Shown: piece by piece, positions 1 through 9,206 of the stretch | Layout of the letters: each line of letters begins with the position of its first letter | Position numbering within the stretch: position 1 is the first letter of the stretch | Source: an uncultured Clostridia bacterium | Lineage (GTDB): Bacteria; Bacillota; Clostridia; Oscillospirales; Acutalibacteraceae | Direction of reading: 5' to 3' | Length of the DNA stretch: 64,000 nt | Assembly (NCBI GenBank): GCA_947589415.1 | Contig: CANQBP010000005.1 | Span: 38,553-102,552, forward strand | Notes under the pieces: generated by a model | Databases searched by the model: none | Told to the model about the DNA's origin: nothing | The model's input: only the letters and a program-made list of their open reading frames with translations | Program-made: the position numbers and the translations under genes

Positions 1-157
1 TGTTCAACAGCCTTTCCTTGATATACTCAACAGCAAATGCCGCGTCCATAGGATACGGCAGTTTTTCACACATATTTCCCGCAAGTTCGGGATCGTCTGT
101 TGCCTTCATAAAATCATCAAGATAGGTAAGCTCCCATTTTTTCAATTGGAATTCCAT
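1..157 (-). CDS. GNAT-type N-acetyltransferase, 5' part only (gene continues past the left edge)
   Basis: Minus-strand ATG at 157-155 opens MEFQLKKWELTYLDDFMKATDDPELAGNMCEKLPYPMDAAFAVEYIKERLLN, which stays open to position 1. The N-terminal pattern resembles RimJ/RimL-like acetyltransferases. It is truncated, so it is absent from the ORF track. Confidence 0.4.
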   Translation of the reverse strand, partial: MEFQLKKWELTYLDDFMKATDDPELAGNMCEKLPYPMDAAFAVEYIKERLLN

Positions 158-438
158 ATCTGCACCTCTTATTATTTTTTATTTATATTCTGATTGCACA
201 AAATATCTTAATATGTTAAAATTTAACCGTAAGCAAACACCATTACGGATATAGTATAGCACATACTTTTTAACAAAATCAAGATAATATCAATATATTA
301 TAAAATAATATAAAAAACGGATAACGGCTTTAAAAAAATTAAGACTTCGTTTACAATTGCTTTACAGCTAAAACATAATGTATTTTCATAAAATATCTAT
401 AATATTACTAACGATAATTCAGAACAGGAGAAATTAAA

Positions 439-2457
439 ATGAAAAACAGAAAATTCGGCAGCTTTATGATAGCCCTTTTATGCACTTCCATTTCGAGTAC
501 CATGTTTTTATCGGGCTGCAGCAGCAATGAAAAAGATGACACCTCCCAATCATCTCAAAGCGTGAGTAATACCTCCGACAGCAGTAATGAACCCGTATAT
601 GTGTCATATGACGAGGATTCTGCTACAAAAATAAAACTTAACGGGGATTCCGCATCTGTCGGAGGCAGCGGTGCAAAGGCAGATAAAAATACTGTAACCG
701 TCAGTGATAAGGGAACTTATATCATAAGCGGAAGTCTTAAAAACGGTCAGATAATTATTGATGCGGGGGAAAATGATACCGTAAACATAATTCTTGACAA
801 TGCCGATATACACTTTTCGGACGGCCCCGCCATATATGCGCAAAAATGTGCCGAAACCGTTATTTCACTTAAAGACGGAACAACAAACAGTATATCCGAC
901 GACGGAGAATACACGGCCTCGGACAGTGATGACAGCGACGTTCCTAATGCAGCACTATATGTACAGGATAACCTTACCGTTCTCGGCGGGGGAACTCTCA
1001 ATGTTAATGCAGAAAGGAATAACGGTATAACTGCAAAGGACACTTTGAATATTAAAAGCGGAACTATCAATGTAACTTCAAAGCATCACGGAATATCCGG
1101 AAAAGACAATCTTAACATAAGCGGAGGAAATATCACGGTTGAAAGCCTCGGTGGTGACGGTATGCGCTCAAATTATAACAAAACCGACGATGAAACAATG
1201 GGGAATGTCAATATAGAAAACGCCGCCATTAGTATTAAATCCGCAAACGACGGCATACAGGCAGAAAGAACGCTTACCGTAAAAAGCGGTAACATCACAA
1301 TATCAACGGGAGGAGGCTCTTCGGGAACGTCCGAAACCGATGCATCGGAAAGCATGAAGGCACTTAAAGCAGGAACGGCAGTAAACATTGACGGAGGAAA
1401 AATTACCGTAGATGCATATAATGATTCTGTACATAGTAACGGAGATGTTACTGTAACAGACGGTACGCTTACGTTTAAAAGCGGGGACGATGCATTCCAT
1501 GCCGATAATACTCTCAATATAAGCGGAGGAAACATTACTGTTGCACAATCACATGAAGGGCTTGAAGCAGATAATATAAATATTTCCGGCGGCACAATAG
1601 ATCTTACATCTGATGATGACGGAATAAACTGCTCCGGCGGTAACGATTTCAGCGGTCTTGGGGGAATGGACGGCGGTCATGGTTTCGGCAGACAAATTCC
1701 TGCCGATTTTGAACAAACCGGTGATACTTCGGATACATCAAAGGGTTCGTTAAAAATAAGCGGTGGTACAATCTATGTAAATTCACAAGGTGACGGACTG
1801 GACAGCAACGGTGATCTTGATATTTCAGGCGGTACTGTTGTTATAAACGGAACGACACAAACCGGCAACGGAATACTTGACCATGACGGAAACTGTACGG
1901 TCACGGGCGGTACGCTTATCGGTGCAGGAACATCGGATATGCTTGAAATGCCCTCTTCCGACGGTCAAAATATTGCAACCGTACTTTTTGAACAGAAACA
2001 GTCTGCGGGAACACTTGTATATCTGACCGACAGCAGCGGAAAGGTGATTGTTTCAATAGCTCCCGTAAAAGAGTACAGTTGTGTAATGTTCAGTTCTGCC
2101 GAGCTTAAAACCGGCGAAACATATAAGGCATATACAGGCGGAACAATATCAGGTGACAACGTACAGGGATATTACAGTAAACCGGAGATTTCAACCGAAG
2201 GAACGCTTTATTCTACATTTACAATATCAGAAACCCTGACGTATGCAAATTCAAGCGGTAATACCACATATAACGGCGGTATGTTCGGTAAAGGCGGCGG
2301 CATGGGTAATATGGGCGGCAGACCCGGCAGGGGAGAATTTGGCAATATGCCCGATAATCAACAGCCCGCCACACCTCCGAACGGAATAAACGGAGAACAG
2401 CCTGCTCTCCCGAACGGCGAAAATATTCAATTTCCCGACAGCAGCTCATCTGTTTAA
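439..2457 (+). CDS. Carbohydrate-binding beta-helix lipoprotein (Cthe_2159-like family, from memory)
   Basis: An SD (GGAG) sits 8 nt before the ATG. There is a lipobox LSGC at residues 24-27. Many degenerate turns of the type ISGGNITV / ISGGTIDL / ISGGTVVI indicate a right-handed parallel beta-helix. The N-terminal block IKLNGDSASVGG...VTVSDKGTYIISGSLKNGQIIIDAG is typical of the family. The tail is rich in Gly/Met/Pro/Asn. Confidence 0.65.
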   Translation: MKNRKFGSFMIALLCTSISSTMFLSGCSSNEKDDTSQSSQSVSNTSDSSNEPVYVSYDEDSATKIKLNGDSASVGGSGAKADKNTVTVSDKGTYIISGSLKNGQIIIDAGENDTVNIILDNADIHFSDGPAIYAQKCAETVISLKDGTTNSISDDGEYTASDSDDSDVPNAALYVQDNLTVLGGGTLNVNAERNNGITAKDTLNIKSGTINVTSKHHGISGKDNLNISGGNITVESLGGDGMRSNYNKTDDETMGNVNIENAAISIKSANDGIQAERTLTVKSGNITISTGGGSSGTSETDASESMKALKAGTAVNIDGGKITVDAYNDSVHSNGDVTVTDGTLTFKSGDDAFHADNTLNISGGNITVAQSHEGLEADNINISGGTIDLTSDDDGINCSGGNDFSGLGGMDGGHGFGRQIPADFEQTGDTSDTSKGSLKISGGTIYVNSQGDGLDSNGDLDISGGTVVINGTTQTGNGILDHDGNCTVTGGTLIGAGTSDMLEMPSSDGQNIATVLFEQKQSAGTLVYLTDSSGKVIVSIAPVKEYSCVMFSSAELKTGETYKAYTGGTISGDNVQGYYSKPEISTEGTLYSTFTISETLTYANSSGNTTYNGGMFGKGGGMGNMGGRPGRGEFGNMPDNQQPATPPNGINGEQPALPNGENIQFPDSSSSV

Positions 2458-2516
2458 AAACACCTGTTACCAACGCAGCAGCAACAAATCAATACCGGTT
2501 TTACACTTATAAAAAA

Positions 2517-2554
2517 CTGTCGCACAAGCCTAATAATTGTGCGACAGTTTCTCT
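2517..2554 (+). terminator. Rho-independent terminator after the beta-helix lipoprotein gene
   Basis: 10-bp stem CTGTCGCACA (2517-2526) / TGTGCGACAG (2538-2547), 11-nt loop, then TTTCTCT. Confidence 0.6.
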
Positions 2555-2579
2555 GCATATTCATTTTATACACATAATG

Positions 2580-2622
2580 CCCGACCGCTGTATATATCTA
2601 ACGATAATATCACGGTCGGGCA
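2580..2622 (-). terminator. Hairpin downstream of leuS (possible terminator)
   Basis: 9-bp GC-rich stem GCCCGACCG (2580-2588) / CGGTCGGGC (2614-2622) with a 25-nt loop. There is no clean T-run on the minus strand. Confidence 0.3.
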
Positions 2623-2654
2623 TAGCGGGTTACATCAAAATTTTATCCGACTCA

Positions 2655-5066
2655 TTACTTTGCAACAATATTAACGAGCTTTCCCTTAACATAAATTTCT
2701 TTTACTATATTCTTACCGTTAATGAAGCTCTGTACCTTTTCGCTCTGTTTTGCCCTCTCGATAGCTCCCGCTTGATCTATATCGGCATCAACGGTTATTT
2801 TGTCACGAACCTTTCCGTTTACCTGCACAACTATTTCGACCGTTGACTCAACGCATTTGCTTTCATCGTATTCGGGCCATTTCTGCTGAGCCGCAAATCC
2901 GTTTCCAAGGCAGGCTTTCTCCCACACTTCTTCTGCAACATGAGGTGCAAACGGACTTAAAAGTATTGTAAATATCCTAAGCTCACCCTTTGTAACGGAG
3001 CCGGTATTATAAATTTCATTGATAAGGGACATCAATGCTGCCACGGCGGTATTGAACTTCAATATCTCTATATCGTCGCCTACTTTTTTGATTGCCTTAT
3101 TTATCGGTGCCTCAAGCTCCGGACGTATAACGTCATCATCGGTCATAATATTGAGGAAATTATAAAATCTCTCTACAAGACGGCGACAGCCCTTGATACT
3201 GTCTGAGCTCCACGGTGCGGCATTTTCAAAATCGCCGAGAAACATCTCAAACAGACGCATTGTATCTGCACCGTATTCCTCTACTATTTCATCGGGATTA
3301 ACAACGTTACCTCTTGCCTTAGACATCTTCTCTCCGTTTTCACCGAGTATCATTCCGTGGCTTGTTCTCTTTGCATACGGTTCCGGCGTCGGAACGACAC
3401 CTATATCATATAAAAACTTATGCCAGAAACGGCTGTAAAGCAAATGCAGTGTTGTATGCTCCATACCGCCGTTATACCAGTCAACGGGAGACCAATACTC
3501 AAGTGCTTCCTTTGAAGCTATTGCCTTATCATTATGCGGATCCATATATCTCAAGAAATACCATGATGAGCCTGCCCATTGAGGCATTGTATCGGTTTCT
3601 CTTTTTGCATCTCCTCCGCACTTCGGACATTTTGTGTTTACCCAGTCTGTTATCTTTGCAAGCGGTGATTCCCCTGTATCTGTCGTTTCATAGGATTCTA
3701 CCTCCGGCAGTTCAAGCGGGAGATCACTTTCGTCAATAGCAACCGCACCGCAGCAAGGACAGTGTACTATCGGAATAGGCTCACCCCAGTAACGCTGACG
3801 GGCAAACACCCAGTCACGCAGCTTATAGTTGACCTTTGCCCTGCCTATACCCTGTTCCTCAAGTTTTTCAATTATTTTCTTTTTAGCATCTTCAACGCTG
3901 AGTCCGTCAAGGTAATCGGAATTTGTAAGTATTCCCGTTGCACAATCCGTAAAAGCAGCTTTCTGTACGTCCTCACCGCCCTTTACTACCTCAATGATAG
4001 GGAGATCAAATTTCTTTGCAAAATCCCAGTCACGGGTATCATGTGCGGGAACAGCCATTATCGCACCTGTTCCGTAGGAAACAAGCACATAATCGGAAAT
4101 GAATATCGGTATCTGCTTTCCGTTTACGGGATTTATTGCCTCAACCCCGTCTATCTTTACACCCGTCTTATCCTTTGCGACCTCTGTACGCTCAAAATCG
4201 GACTTTTTGGCTGCTTCCGACTGATAATTGCGTATCTCGTCCGTATTTTTTATAACGTCCGCAAGTTTATCTATAATGGGGTGTTCCGGAGAAATAACCA
4301 TATATGTCGCACCGAAAAGCGTATCGGGCCGGGTTGTATAAACTGTAAGGGTATCACCTGTTGTTGTTTTGAAATCGACCTCCGCACCCGTGGAGCGGCC
4401 TATCCAGTTTTTCTGCTGTGCCTTTACTCTGTCAGGATAATCAACGAGGTCAAGATCCTCTATAAGTCTTTCGGCATATGCTGTAATTTTCAGCATCCAC
4501 TGGGATTTTACCTTTCTTATAACTTCACTTCCGCAGCGTTCGCATACCCCGTCAACAACTTCTTCATTTGCAAGTACGCATTTACAGCCCGTACACCAGT
4601 TTACAGCCATTTCCTTTTTATATGCAAGACCATGTTTGAAAAGCTGAAGGAATATCCACTGTGTCCATTTATAATAGGACGGGTCGGTCGTATTTATTTC
4701 CCTGCTCCAGTCAAAGGAAATACCGAGGGATTTAAGCTGATTTTTAAAGCGTGCCACATTCCTTTTTGTAACTTCTTTCGGGTGTATATGATTTTTGATT
4801 GCAAAATTCTCCGTCGGAAGTCCGAATGCGTCCCAACCTATCGGATAGAGAACATTATATCCCTGCATTCTGCGTTTTCTTGCTACTATATCGAGTGCTG
4901 TATATGAGCGCGGGTGTCCCACATGAAGTCCTTTTCCGGACGGATAGGGAAATTCAATAAGGGCATAGTATTTCGGCTTTGAGGAATTTTCCTCTGCGTG
5001 ATATATTCCTGCGTCCTCCCATTTTTTCTGCCATATCGGCTCTATTTTTTTATGGTCGTATCTCAT
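2655..5066 (-). CDS. leuS: Leucine--tRNA ligase
   Basis: 803 aa. It has the class I HIGH motif ([14 protein letters not shown]), the KMSKS motif ([10 protein letters not shown]), a CP1 editing insertion and CxxC zinc knuckles. Confidence 0.97.
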   Translation of the reverse strand: MRYDHKKIEPIWQKKWEDAGIYHAEENSSKPKYYALIEFPYPSGKGLHVGHPRSYTALDIVARKRRMQGYNVLYPIGWDAFGLPTENFAIKNHIHPKEVTKRNVARFKNQLKSLGISFDWSREINTTDPSYYKWTQWIFLQLFKHGLAYKKEMAVNWCTGCKCVLANEEVVDGVCERCGSEVIRKVKSQWMLKITAYAERLIEDLDLVDYPDRVKAQQKNWIGRSTGAEVDFKTTTGDTLTVYTTRPDTLFGATYMVISPEHPIIDKLADVIKNTDEIRNYQSEAAKKSDFERTEVAKDKTGVKIDGVEAINPVNGKQIPIFISDYVLVSYGTGAIMAVPAHDTRDWDFAKKFDLPIIEVVKGGEDVQKAAFTDCATGILTNSDYLDGLSVEDAKKKIIEKLEEQGIGRAKVNYKLRDWVFARQRYWGEPIPIVHCPCCGAVAIDESDLPLELPEVESYETTDTGESPLAKITDWVNTKCPKCGGDAKRETDTMPQWAGSSWYFLRYMDPHNDKAIASKEALEYWSPVDWYNGGMEHTTLHLLYSRFWHKFLYDIGVVPTPEPYAKRTSHGMILGENGEKMSKARGNVVNPDEIVEEYGADTMRLFEMFLGDFENAAPWSSDSIKGCRRLVERFYNFLNIMTDDDVIRPELEAPINKAIKKVGDDIEILKFNTAVAALMSLINEIYNTGSVTKGELRIFTILLSPFAPHVAEEVWEKACLGNGFAAQQKWPEYDESKCVESTVEIVVQVNGKVRDKITVDADIDQAGAIERAKQSEKVQSFINGKNIVKEIYVKGKLVNIVAK

Positions 5067-5092
5067 TTCAATTCTCTCCTTTATTTTTTCCT

Positions 5093-5479
5093 CTACTTTG
5101 CTGTCGGGAACAACATTTCAAGCGGCATTTCTTCAATATCCGATATATCAATTTTTTCTCCGTCCTGCCATAGTCGTTCAAGGTCGTAATACTTACGTCC
5201 CTCGTCCGAAAATACATGGACAACAACATCAACATAATCAAGAAGTATCCATGAATCCGAGCGATAGCCCTCTATATGGCTTGCGCTTATTCCCTCATTA
5301 TCAAGCCTGTATTCGACCTCATCAGCAAGCGAGCGAACGTGAGTATTCGATGTGCCCGTTGCGATAACAAAATAATCGGCAATAGAGGAAATATCCCTTA
5401 TTTTAATTACGCTTACGTCAAGACCCTTTAATTTCAGCAGAGCCTTAACAGCAAGTCTTGCAGTTTCCAAAGATGTCAT
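5093..5479 (-). CDS. rsfS: Ribosome silencing factor RsfS (iojap family)
   Basis: The segment [21 protein letters not shown]...[14 protein letters not shown] is typical of RsfS. I chose the start at 5479 (MTSLETA) because GAGGG lies 5 nt upstream; the track start at 5491 has no SD. Confidence 0.9.
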   Translation of the reverse strand: MTSLETARLAVKALLKLKGLDVSVIKIRDISSIADYFVIATGTSNTHVRSLADEVEYRLDNEGISASHIEGYRSDSWILLDYVDVVVHVFSDEGRKYYDLERLWQDGEKIDISDIEEMPLEMLFPTAK

Positions 5480-5493
5480 TTTAACCCTCATTT

Positions 5494-6075
5494 CTATTTA
5501 TTTTTTTCATTTAACTTTATAAAAGCAAGCTCATTATATCCCTCAAATGTATCCGGTGCTATGGTAAGTTTTCTTTCCGAAAGATCGCTTATTGTAAAGC
5601 TCATTCCCTCCAGTACCGCATTATCAAGTCCCTTATCGGCAACCTTACGCATTTTGTCAACACCGTCATAATCTCTTTCAGCCGAGGTGAAATCCGCAAC
5701 AAATATAACCTTTTCGAGCAGGCTCATTCCCGCCCTGCCGGTAGTATGGTATCTTATTGCATTGATTATGTCCTCATCATCAATTCCAAGCTCGACCCGA
5801 ATAAATGCACTTCCGGATATTGCGTGCCATAGCTTATGGCTTGCTCTTTCAAGCTCGCTTAGTTTGATCCCCGCACGGTCAATAAGCTCCATTTGTTCCT
5901 GCTCGGAGGTTTCCTTAGTTGCGTCATGCAGTATTCCGGCTATCTCGGCTTTTTTTACGTCTGCACCGTATTTTTCCGCAAGACGTACAGCCTCTTTTGC
6001 AACATTTTTAGAGTGCTTAAACCTTGCGCTTTTCATTCGTCCGCTTATTATCTCTTCATAATCCTTAACAGTCAT
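5494..6075 (-). CDS. yqeK: HD-domain bis(5'-nucleosyl)-tetraphosphatase YqeK
   Basis: HD motif RFKHSKNV...AGILHDATKE, in the conserved nadD-yqeK-rsfS context. The start is moved to MTVKDYEE (6075) because a TTGAAA-17-TATAAT promoter lies inside the longer track ORF. Confidence 0.85.
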   Translation of the reverse strand: MTVKDYEEIISGRMKSARFKHSKNVAKEAVRLAEKYGADVKKAEIAGILHDATKETSEQEQMELIDRAGIKLSELERASHKLWHAISGSAFIRVELGIDDEDIINAIRYHTTGRAGMSLLEKVIFVADFTSAERDYDGVDKMRKVADKGLDNAVLEGMSFTISDLSERKLTIAPDTFEGYNELAFIKLNEKNK

Positions 6076-6115
6076 CAAATCACTTCCGAAAATCAACTTT
6101 TTATCAACACAAACT

Positions 6116-6144
6116 ATTATACCAGTATATTCTGCCCGTTTCAA
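6116..6144 (-). promoter_or_regulatory. Sigma-A-type promoter for yqeK-rsfS-leuS
   Basis: The minus strand reads TTGAAA (6144-6139), a 17-nt spacer, then TATAAT (6121-6116). The ATG at 6075 is about 40 nt downstream, preceded by GGAAGTG. Confidence 0.55.
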
Positions 6145-6309
6145 GCATTAAAGCATAATTTTCATATCAAGCCGCACGATTCTGTCAGATGTTTTATAAC
6201 CGTAAGTCTGTCCGCTGCGGCTTTACCCGTTTAATTACGCTATATATCGGACTCACACTATATTTTTGTCTTTTTCATTTTTCCGAATATTTCGATCCTA
6301 CCCGAGACG

Positions 6310-6909
6310 TTATTTTATATAGAGCCTGTTTTCAAGAATATAATTTTCTACTGCTCCCGGAACAAGCCCCGATATACTCTCACGGTTTTTTACTCTATCC
6401 CTTATTTCGGTTGAAGATACCGTAAGCACGGATATATCAAGTATCTCCGTCCTTGCGCCATGCTTTTCAAGATACTCCGCCTGTTTTTTCAGTGAGTCAA
6501 TATCTTCCCCATTTCTCGGTATGCCGCAGATCGTTGCAAGTCGGAAAATTATTTCGGGGTGACTCCATGTATGAACAGACATAAACATATCCGCCCCTGT
6601 TATAAGAAAAAGTTCATCTCCCCTATACTTTTTCGACAGCTTCTCAAGTGTCATGTATGTATAGCTTGCTCCCTCTCGGCATATCTCGATATCGCTCACT
6701 TCCGCTTTTACATTATCCCTAAAGGCAAGCCTGCACATTTCATACCTTTGCATAGGTGTAACGGATTTATCCTTTTCCTTAAACGGTGAAACATATGCCG
6801 GTATTATTATTGCCCTGTCAAGCTCCAACTTATCCGTAAATGCATTTACCAACTGTATATGCCCGTTATGAATAGGATTAAAGCTCCCTCCGAATATTGC
6901 AATTTTCAT
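6310..6909 (-). CDS. nadD: Nicotinate-nucleotide adenylyltransferase
   Basis: MKIAIFGGSFNPIHNGH nucleotidyltransferase motif. The ORF could also start at 6930 (a 4-nt overlap with yhbY). Confidence 0.92.
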   Translation of the reverse strand: MKIAIFGGSFNPIHNGHIQLVNAFTDKLELDRAIIIPAYVSPFKEKDKSVTPMQRYEMCRLAFRDNVKAEVSDIEICREGASYTYMTLEKLSKKYRGDELFLITGADMFMSVHTWSHPEIIFRLATICGIPRNGEDIDSLKKQAEYLEKHGARTEILDISVLTVSSTEIRDRVKNRESISGLVPGAVENYILENRLYIK

Positions 6910-6926
6910 AATACTGCTCCGAAATC

Positions 6927-7244
6927 TCATTGATATCTACGTTTCTTTTTTGCCGAGGGCAATTCAATCCTCGGCTTTTCGGAATTGCGCCGAAAAAGTA
7001 CAAATTTAGAACCGATAACCTGAACAACATCGGACTTTGTTTGAGCCGCTATCAGGTCTGCCGCCTCTACGGGCGTAATGTCCGCCGTTTCAAGCACCTT
7101 CCCCTTTATAAGCTCACGGGCAGTCAAAGCATCATCTGCCTGTTTTATTATCTGTTCACTCATTCCGCCCTTTCCGAGCATAAGTATTGTATCTTCATTT
7201 GTTGCAAGTGAGCGCAGAAACGCTCTTTGTTTACTTGTGAGCAT
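6927..7244 (-). CDS. yhbY: YhbY/CRM-domain ribosome-assembly RNA-binding protein
   Basis: 105 aa. MLTSKQRAFLRSLA...LGKGGMSEQIIKQADDALTARELIKGKV is the classic YhbY pattern. Confidence 0.88.
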   Translation of the reverse strand: MLTSKQRAFLRSLATNEDTILMLGKGGMSEQIIKQADDALTARELIKGKVLETADITPVEAADLIAAQTKSDVVQVIGSKFVLFRRNSEKPRIELPSAKKKRRYQ

Positions 7245-7255
7245 CTGTATTCTCC

Positions 7256-7846
7256 TTATTTTTCACTAAATCTGTTCAAGAGTTGTTCACTCAAGCTCCT
7301 AAGTGCCCTTCCCCTATGGCTCATGGCATCCTTTTGATTATCGGTAAGCTCCGCAAAGGTTTTATTGCCCTCCACAAAGAAAATCGGGTCATAACCGAAA
7401 CCGTTATTTCCTCTCGGCGCATAGCCGATATATCCGTCACATTTTCCGAATGCAAATATCTTTTCGCCGTTGGGAAAACAGCAGCATATAACACACTCAA
7501 AATGCGCACTTCTGTCCGTACTTCCCGAATCGGAAAGTTCCTTTGTCAGCTTTCCTATTTTTTCTTCATCGGTATTGGCATATCTGGCGGAATATACTCC
7601 CGGTCTGCCTCCGAGCGCATCAACCACAAGTCCCGAATCGTCAGCAATAGCGGGCATACCTGATTTTTCCATTGCCGCAGTCGCCTTTATCTCCGCATTT
7701 TCCTTGAAGGTTGTTCCCGTTTCCTCAACATCGTCAAGCTCTATATTAAGTTCTGCCGCAGTTTTAGCATTTATCCCGAGAGGCTTGAGCATTCTCCTTA
7801 ACTCATCAACCTTTTTCTCATTATTTGAAGCAATAACAAAAGTCAT
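7256..7846 (-). CDS. rdgB: dITP/XTP pyrophosphatase (Ham1/RdgB)
   Basis: MTFVIASNNEKKVDELRRML...FGYDPIF...MSHRGRAL. The start at 7846 is preceded by GAGGG; the track start at 7882 adds 12 unsupported residues. Confidence 0.9.
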   Translation of the reverse strand: MTFVIASNNEKKVDELRRMLKPLGINAKTAAELNIELDDVEETGTTFKENAEIKATAAMEKSGMPAIADDSGLVVDALGGRPGVYSARYANTDEEKIGKLTKELSDSGSTDRSAHFECVICCCFPNGEKIFAFGKCDGYIGYAPRGNNGFGYDPIFFVEGNKTFAELTDNQKDAMSHRGRALRSLSEQLLNRFSEK

Positions 7847-7890
7847 ATTATTTCCCTCTTTCCAAAAATATCCGTCATTCATTTAACGGC

Positions 7891-9153
7891 TCAATCATTA
7901 TTTCCTTTTTTCCACTGTTCAAACCATTCATCGTCACTATCTTGAGCGACAGGCTCTGTACTCCAATTATATTTCTTTTCGGTTCTGCTCCTTCTTTCTT
8001 CCGCACGTTTCTTTTGTTCTTCCCTTATACGTTTAGCTTCTGCTTCCGCCTCTGCACGAGCCGCTTCCTTTTCCTGCTCGCTTTCTTCACTCTTTTCAAG
8101 TTCTGCCTGTCTTTCGGCTTGTGCCTCCGCATCTATCTGCGCCCATATATCCGCAGTAGCAGATTTTACGGGTTCTTCCGTATTTGTGCTTTCCTGCTGT
8201 TCCTCTGTGTCCCTCTCCGTTTCCTCCATAACTTCTTTCATATCGTCGTCGCTGAACAATGCCCTCGCAAATTCCTTCGGATCAAACGGTTGAAGGTCAT
8301 CAATCTGTTCCCCCACACCGATATATTTTACGGGAACATCAAGTTCTTCCCTTATAGCAAGAACAACACCTCCCTTTGCAGTACCGTCGAGCTTTGTCAA
8401 AACTATACCCGTAATTCCTGCGGCATTTTTAAATTCCTTTGTCTGATTAACAGCATTCTGTCCCGTCGTCGCATCAAGAACGAGGAGTACCTCCTTAGCC
8501 GCTTCGGGAAGTTCTCTGTCGATAATCCTGTTTATTTTTGCAAGCTCATCCATAAGATTTTTCTTATTGTGCAGCCTGCCCGCAGTATCTGCTATTATTA
8601 TATCACTTCCCCTTGCCTTTGCGGAGGATATTGCGTCGAATACTACCGCAGCAGGATCGGAGCCTTCATTTTGCTTTATTATATCCGCACCGCTTCGGTC
8701 AGCCCAAATTTTAAGCTGGTCTATTGCTGCGGCACGGAAAGTGTCGGCAGCCGCAAGCGTGACCCTTTTTCCGTCACCGACAAATCTTGCCGCCAGCTTT
8801 CCTATTGTCGTTGTCTTGCCCACACCGTTTACGCCTATAACAAGTATTACGGAGGGTTTTGTACTTATATCGAGCGTATTTCCGCCTTCAAGCATTTCGG
8901 TTATTACTTCCTCAAGCAAACGGCGTATCTGCGAGGGGTCTGTTATCCCCTCGTTTTTTACACGGGCTTTAAGCTCGTCACAAATTTTTTCGGCAGTGTA
9001 CATACCGACATCGCCCATTACAAGCAGTTCTTCAAGCTCCTCAAATAAATCATCGTCAATTTTTGTAAAGGATTTAAGCAGTTTGTCTATTCTTCCGAAT
9101 AGTGCATCACGAGTCTTTTTAAGACCGCTTTTTATTTTATCGAATAATCCCAT
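7891..9153 (-). CDS. ftsY: Signal recognition particle receptor FtsY with an atypical about 123-aa acidic C-terminal extension
   Basis: NG domain with GVNGVGKTTTIGKLA, DTAGR and TKLDG. An SD (GGGGGA) sits 8 nt before the ATG at 9153. The NG domain ends at ...FARALFSDDD and is followed by an E/K/R/A-rich tail (7891-8262). Confidence 0.92.
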   Translation of the reverse strand: MGLFDKIKSGLKKTRDALFGRIDKLLKSFTKIDDDLFEELEELLVMGDVGMYTAEKICDELKARVKNEGITDPSQIRRLLEEVITEMLEGGNTLDISTKPSVILVIGVNGVGKTTTIGKLAARFVGDGKRVTLAAADTFRAAAIDQLKIWADRSGADIIKQNEGSDPAAVVFDAISSAKARGSDIIIADTAGRLHNKKNLMDELAKINRIIDRELPEAAKEVLLVLDATTGQNAVNQTKEFKNAAGITGIVLTKLDGTAKGGVVLAIREELDVPVKYIGVGEQIDDLQPFDPKEFARALFSDDDMKEVMEETERDTEEQQESTNTEEPVKSATADIWAQIDAEAQAERQAELEKSEESEQEKEAARAEAEAEAKRIREEQKKRAEERRSRTEKKYNWSTEPVAQDSDDEWFEQWKKGNND

Positions 9154-9206
9154 AATAAATTCCCCCAATCTGTCATTCGCCGTACAAAACAGAGGTACAC
9201 GGCGTT

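Noticed and set aside
3762-4907. 381-aa plus-strand ORF, one of many long ORFs antisense to real genes. Others include 7942-9048, 8567-9250, 9835-10440, 15145-15774, 25041-25598, 26458-27057, 28544-29284, 45000-45700, 47111-48010, 49703-50176 and 50301-50936.
   Set aside because: Each lies entirely opposite a gene with unmistakable conserved motifs (leuS, ftsY, smc, plsX, HK, ABC, glgP, rsmE/mtnN). Their translations are low-complexity and rich in Cys, Phe, Ile and Ser. None has an SD. They are by-products of the codon bias of the true frame.
6076-6144. N-terminal 23-aa extension of yqeK in the ORF track. Similar extensions occur for rsfS, nadD, rdgB, ftsY, lepA, pncC, mtnN, the ABC ATPase, XRE, the flippase and paralog A.
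   Set aside because: A TTGAAA-17-TATAAT promoter lies inside the yqeK extension. In the other cases an internal start has a proper SD and matches the canonical family N-terminus, whereas the upstream start has none.
6145-6309. The gap between nadD and yqeK, and the 26-nt gap before leuS, were checked for a leucine T-box leader.
   Set aside because: There is no T-box sequence (AAUUAGGGUGGUACCGCG-like) and no specifier-loop architecture. The gap is explained by an internal promoter.
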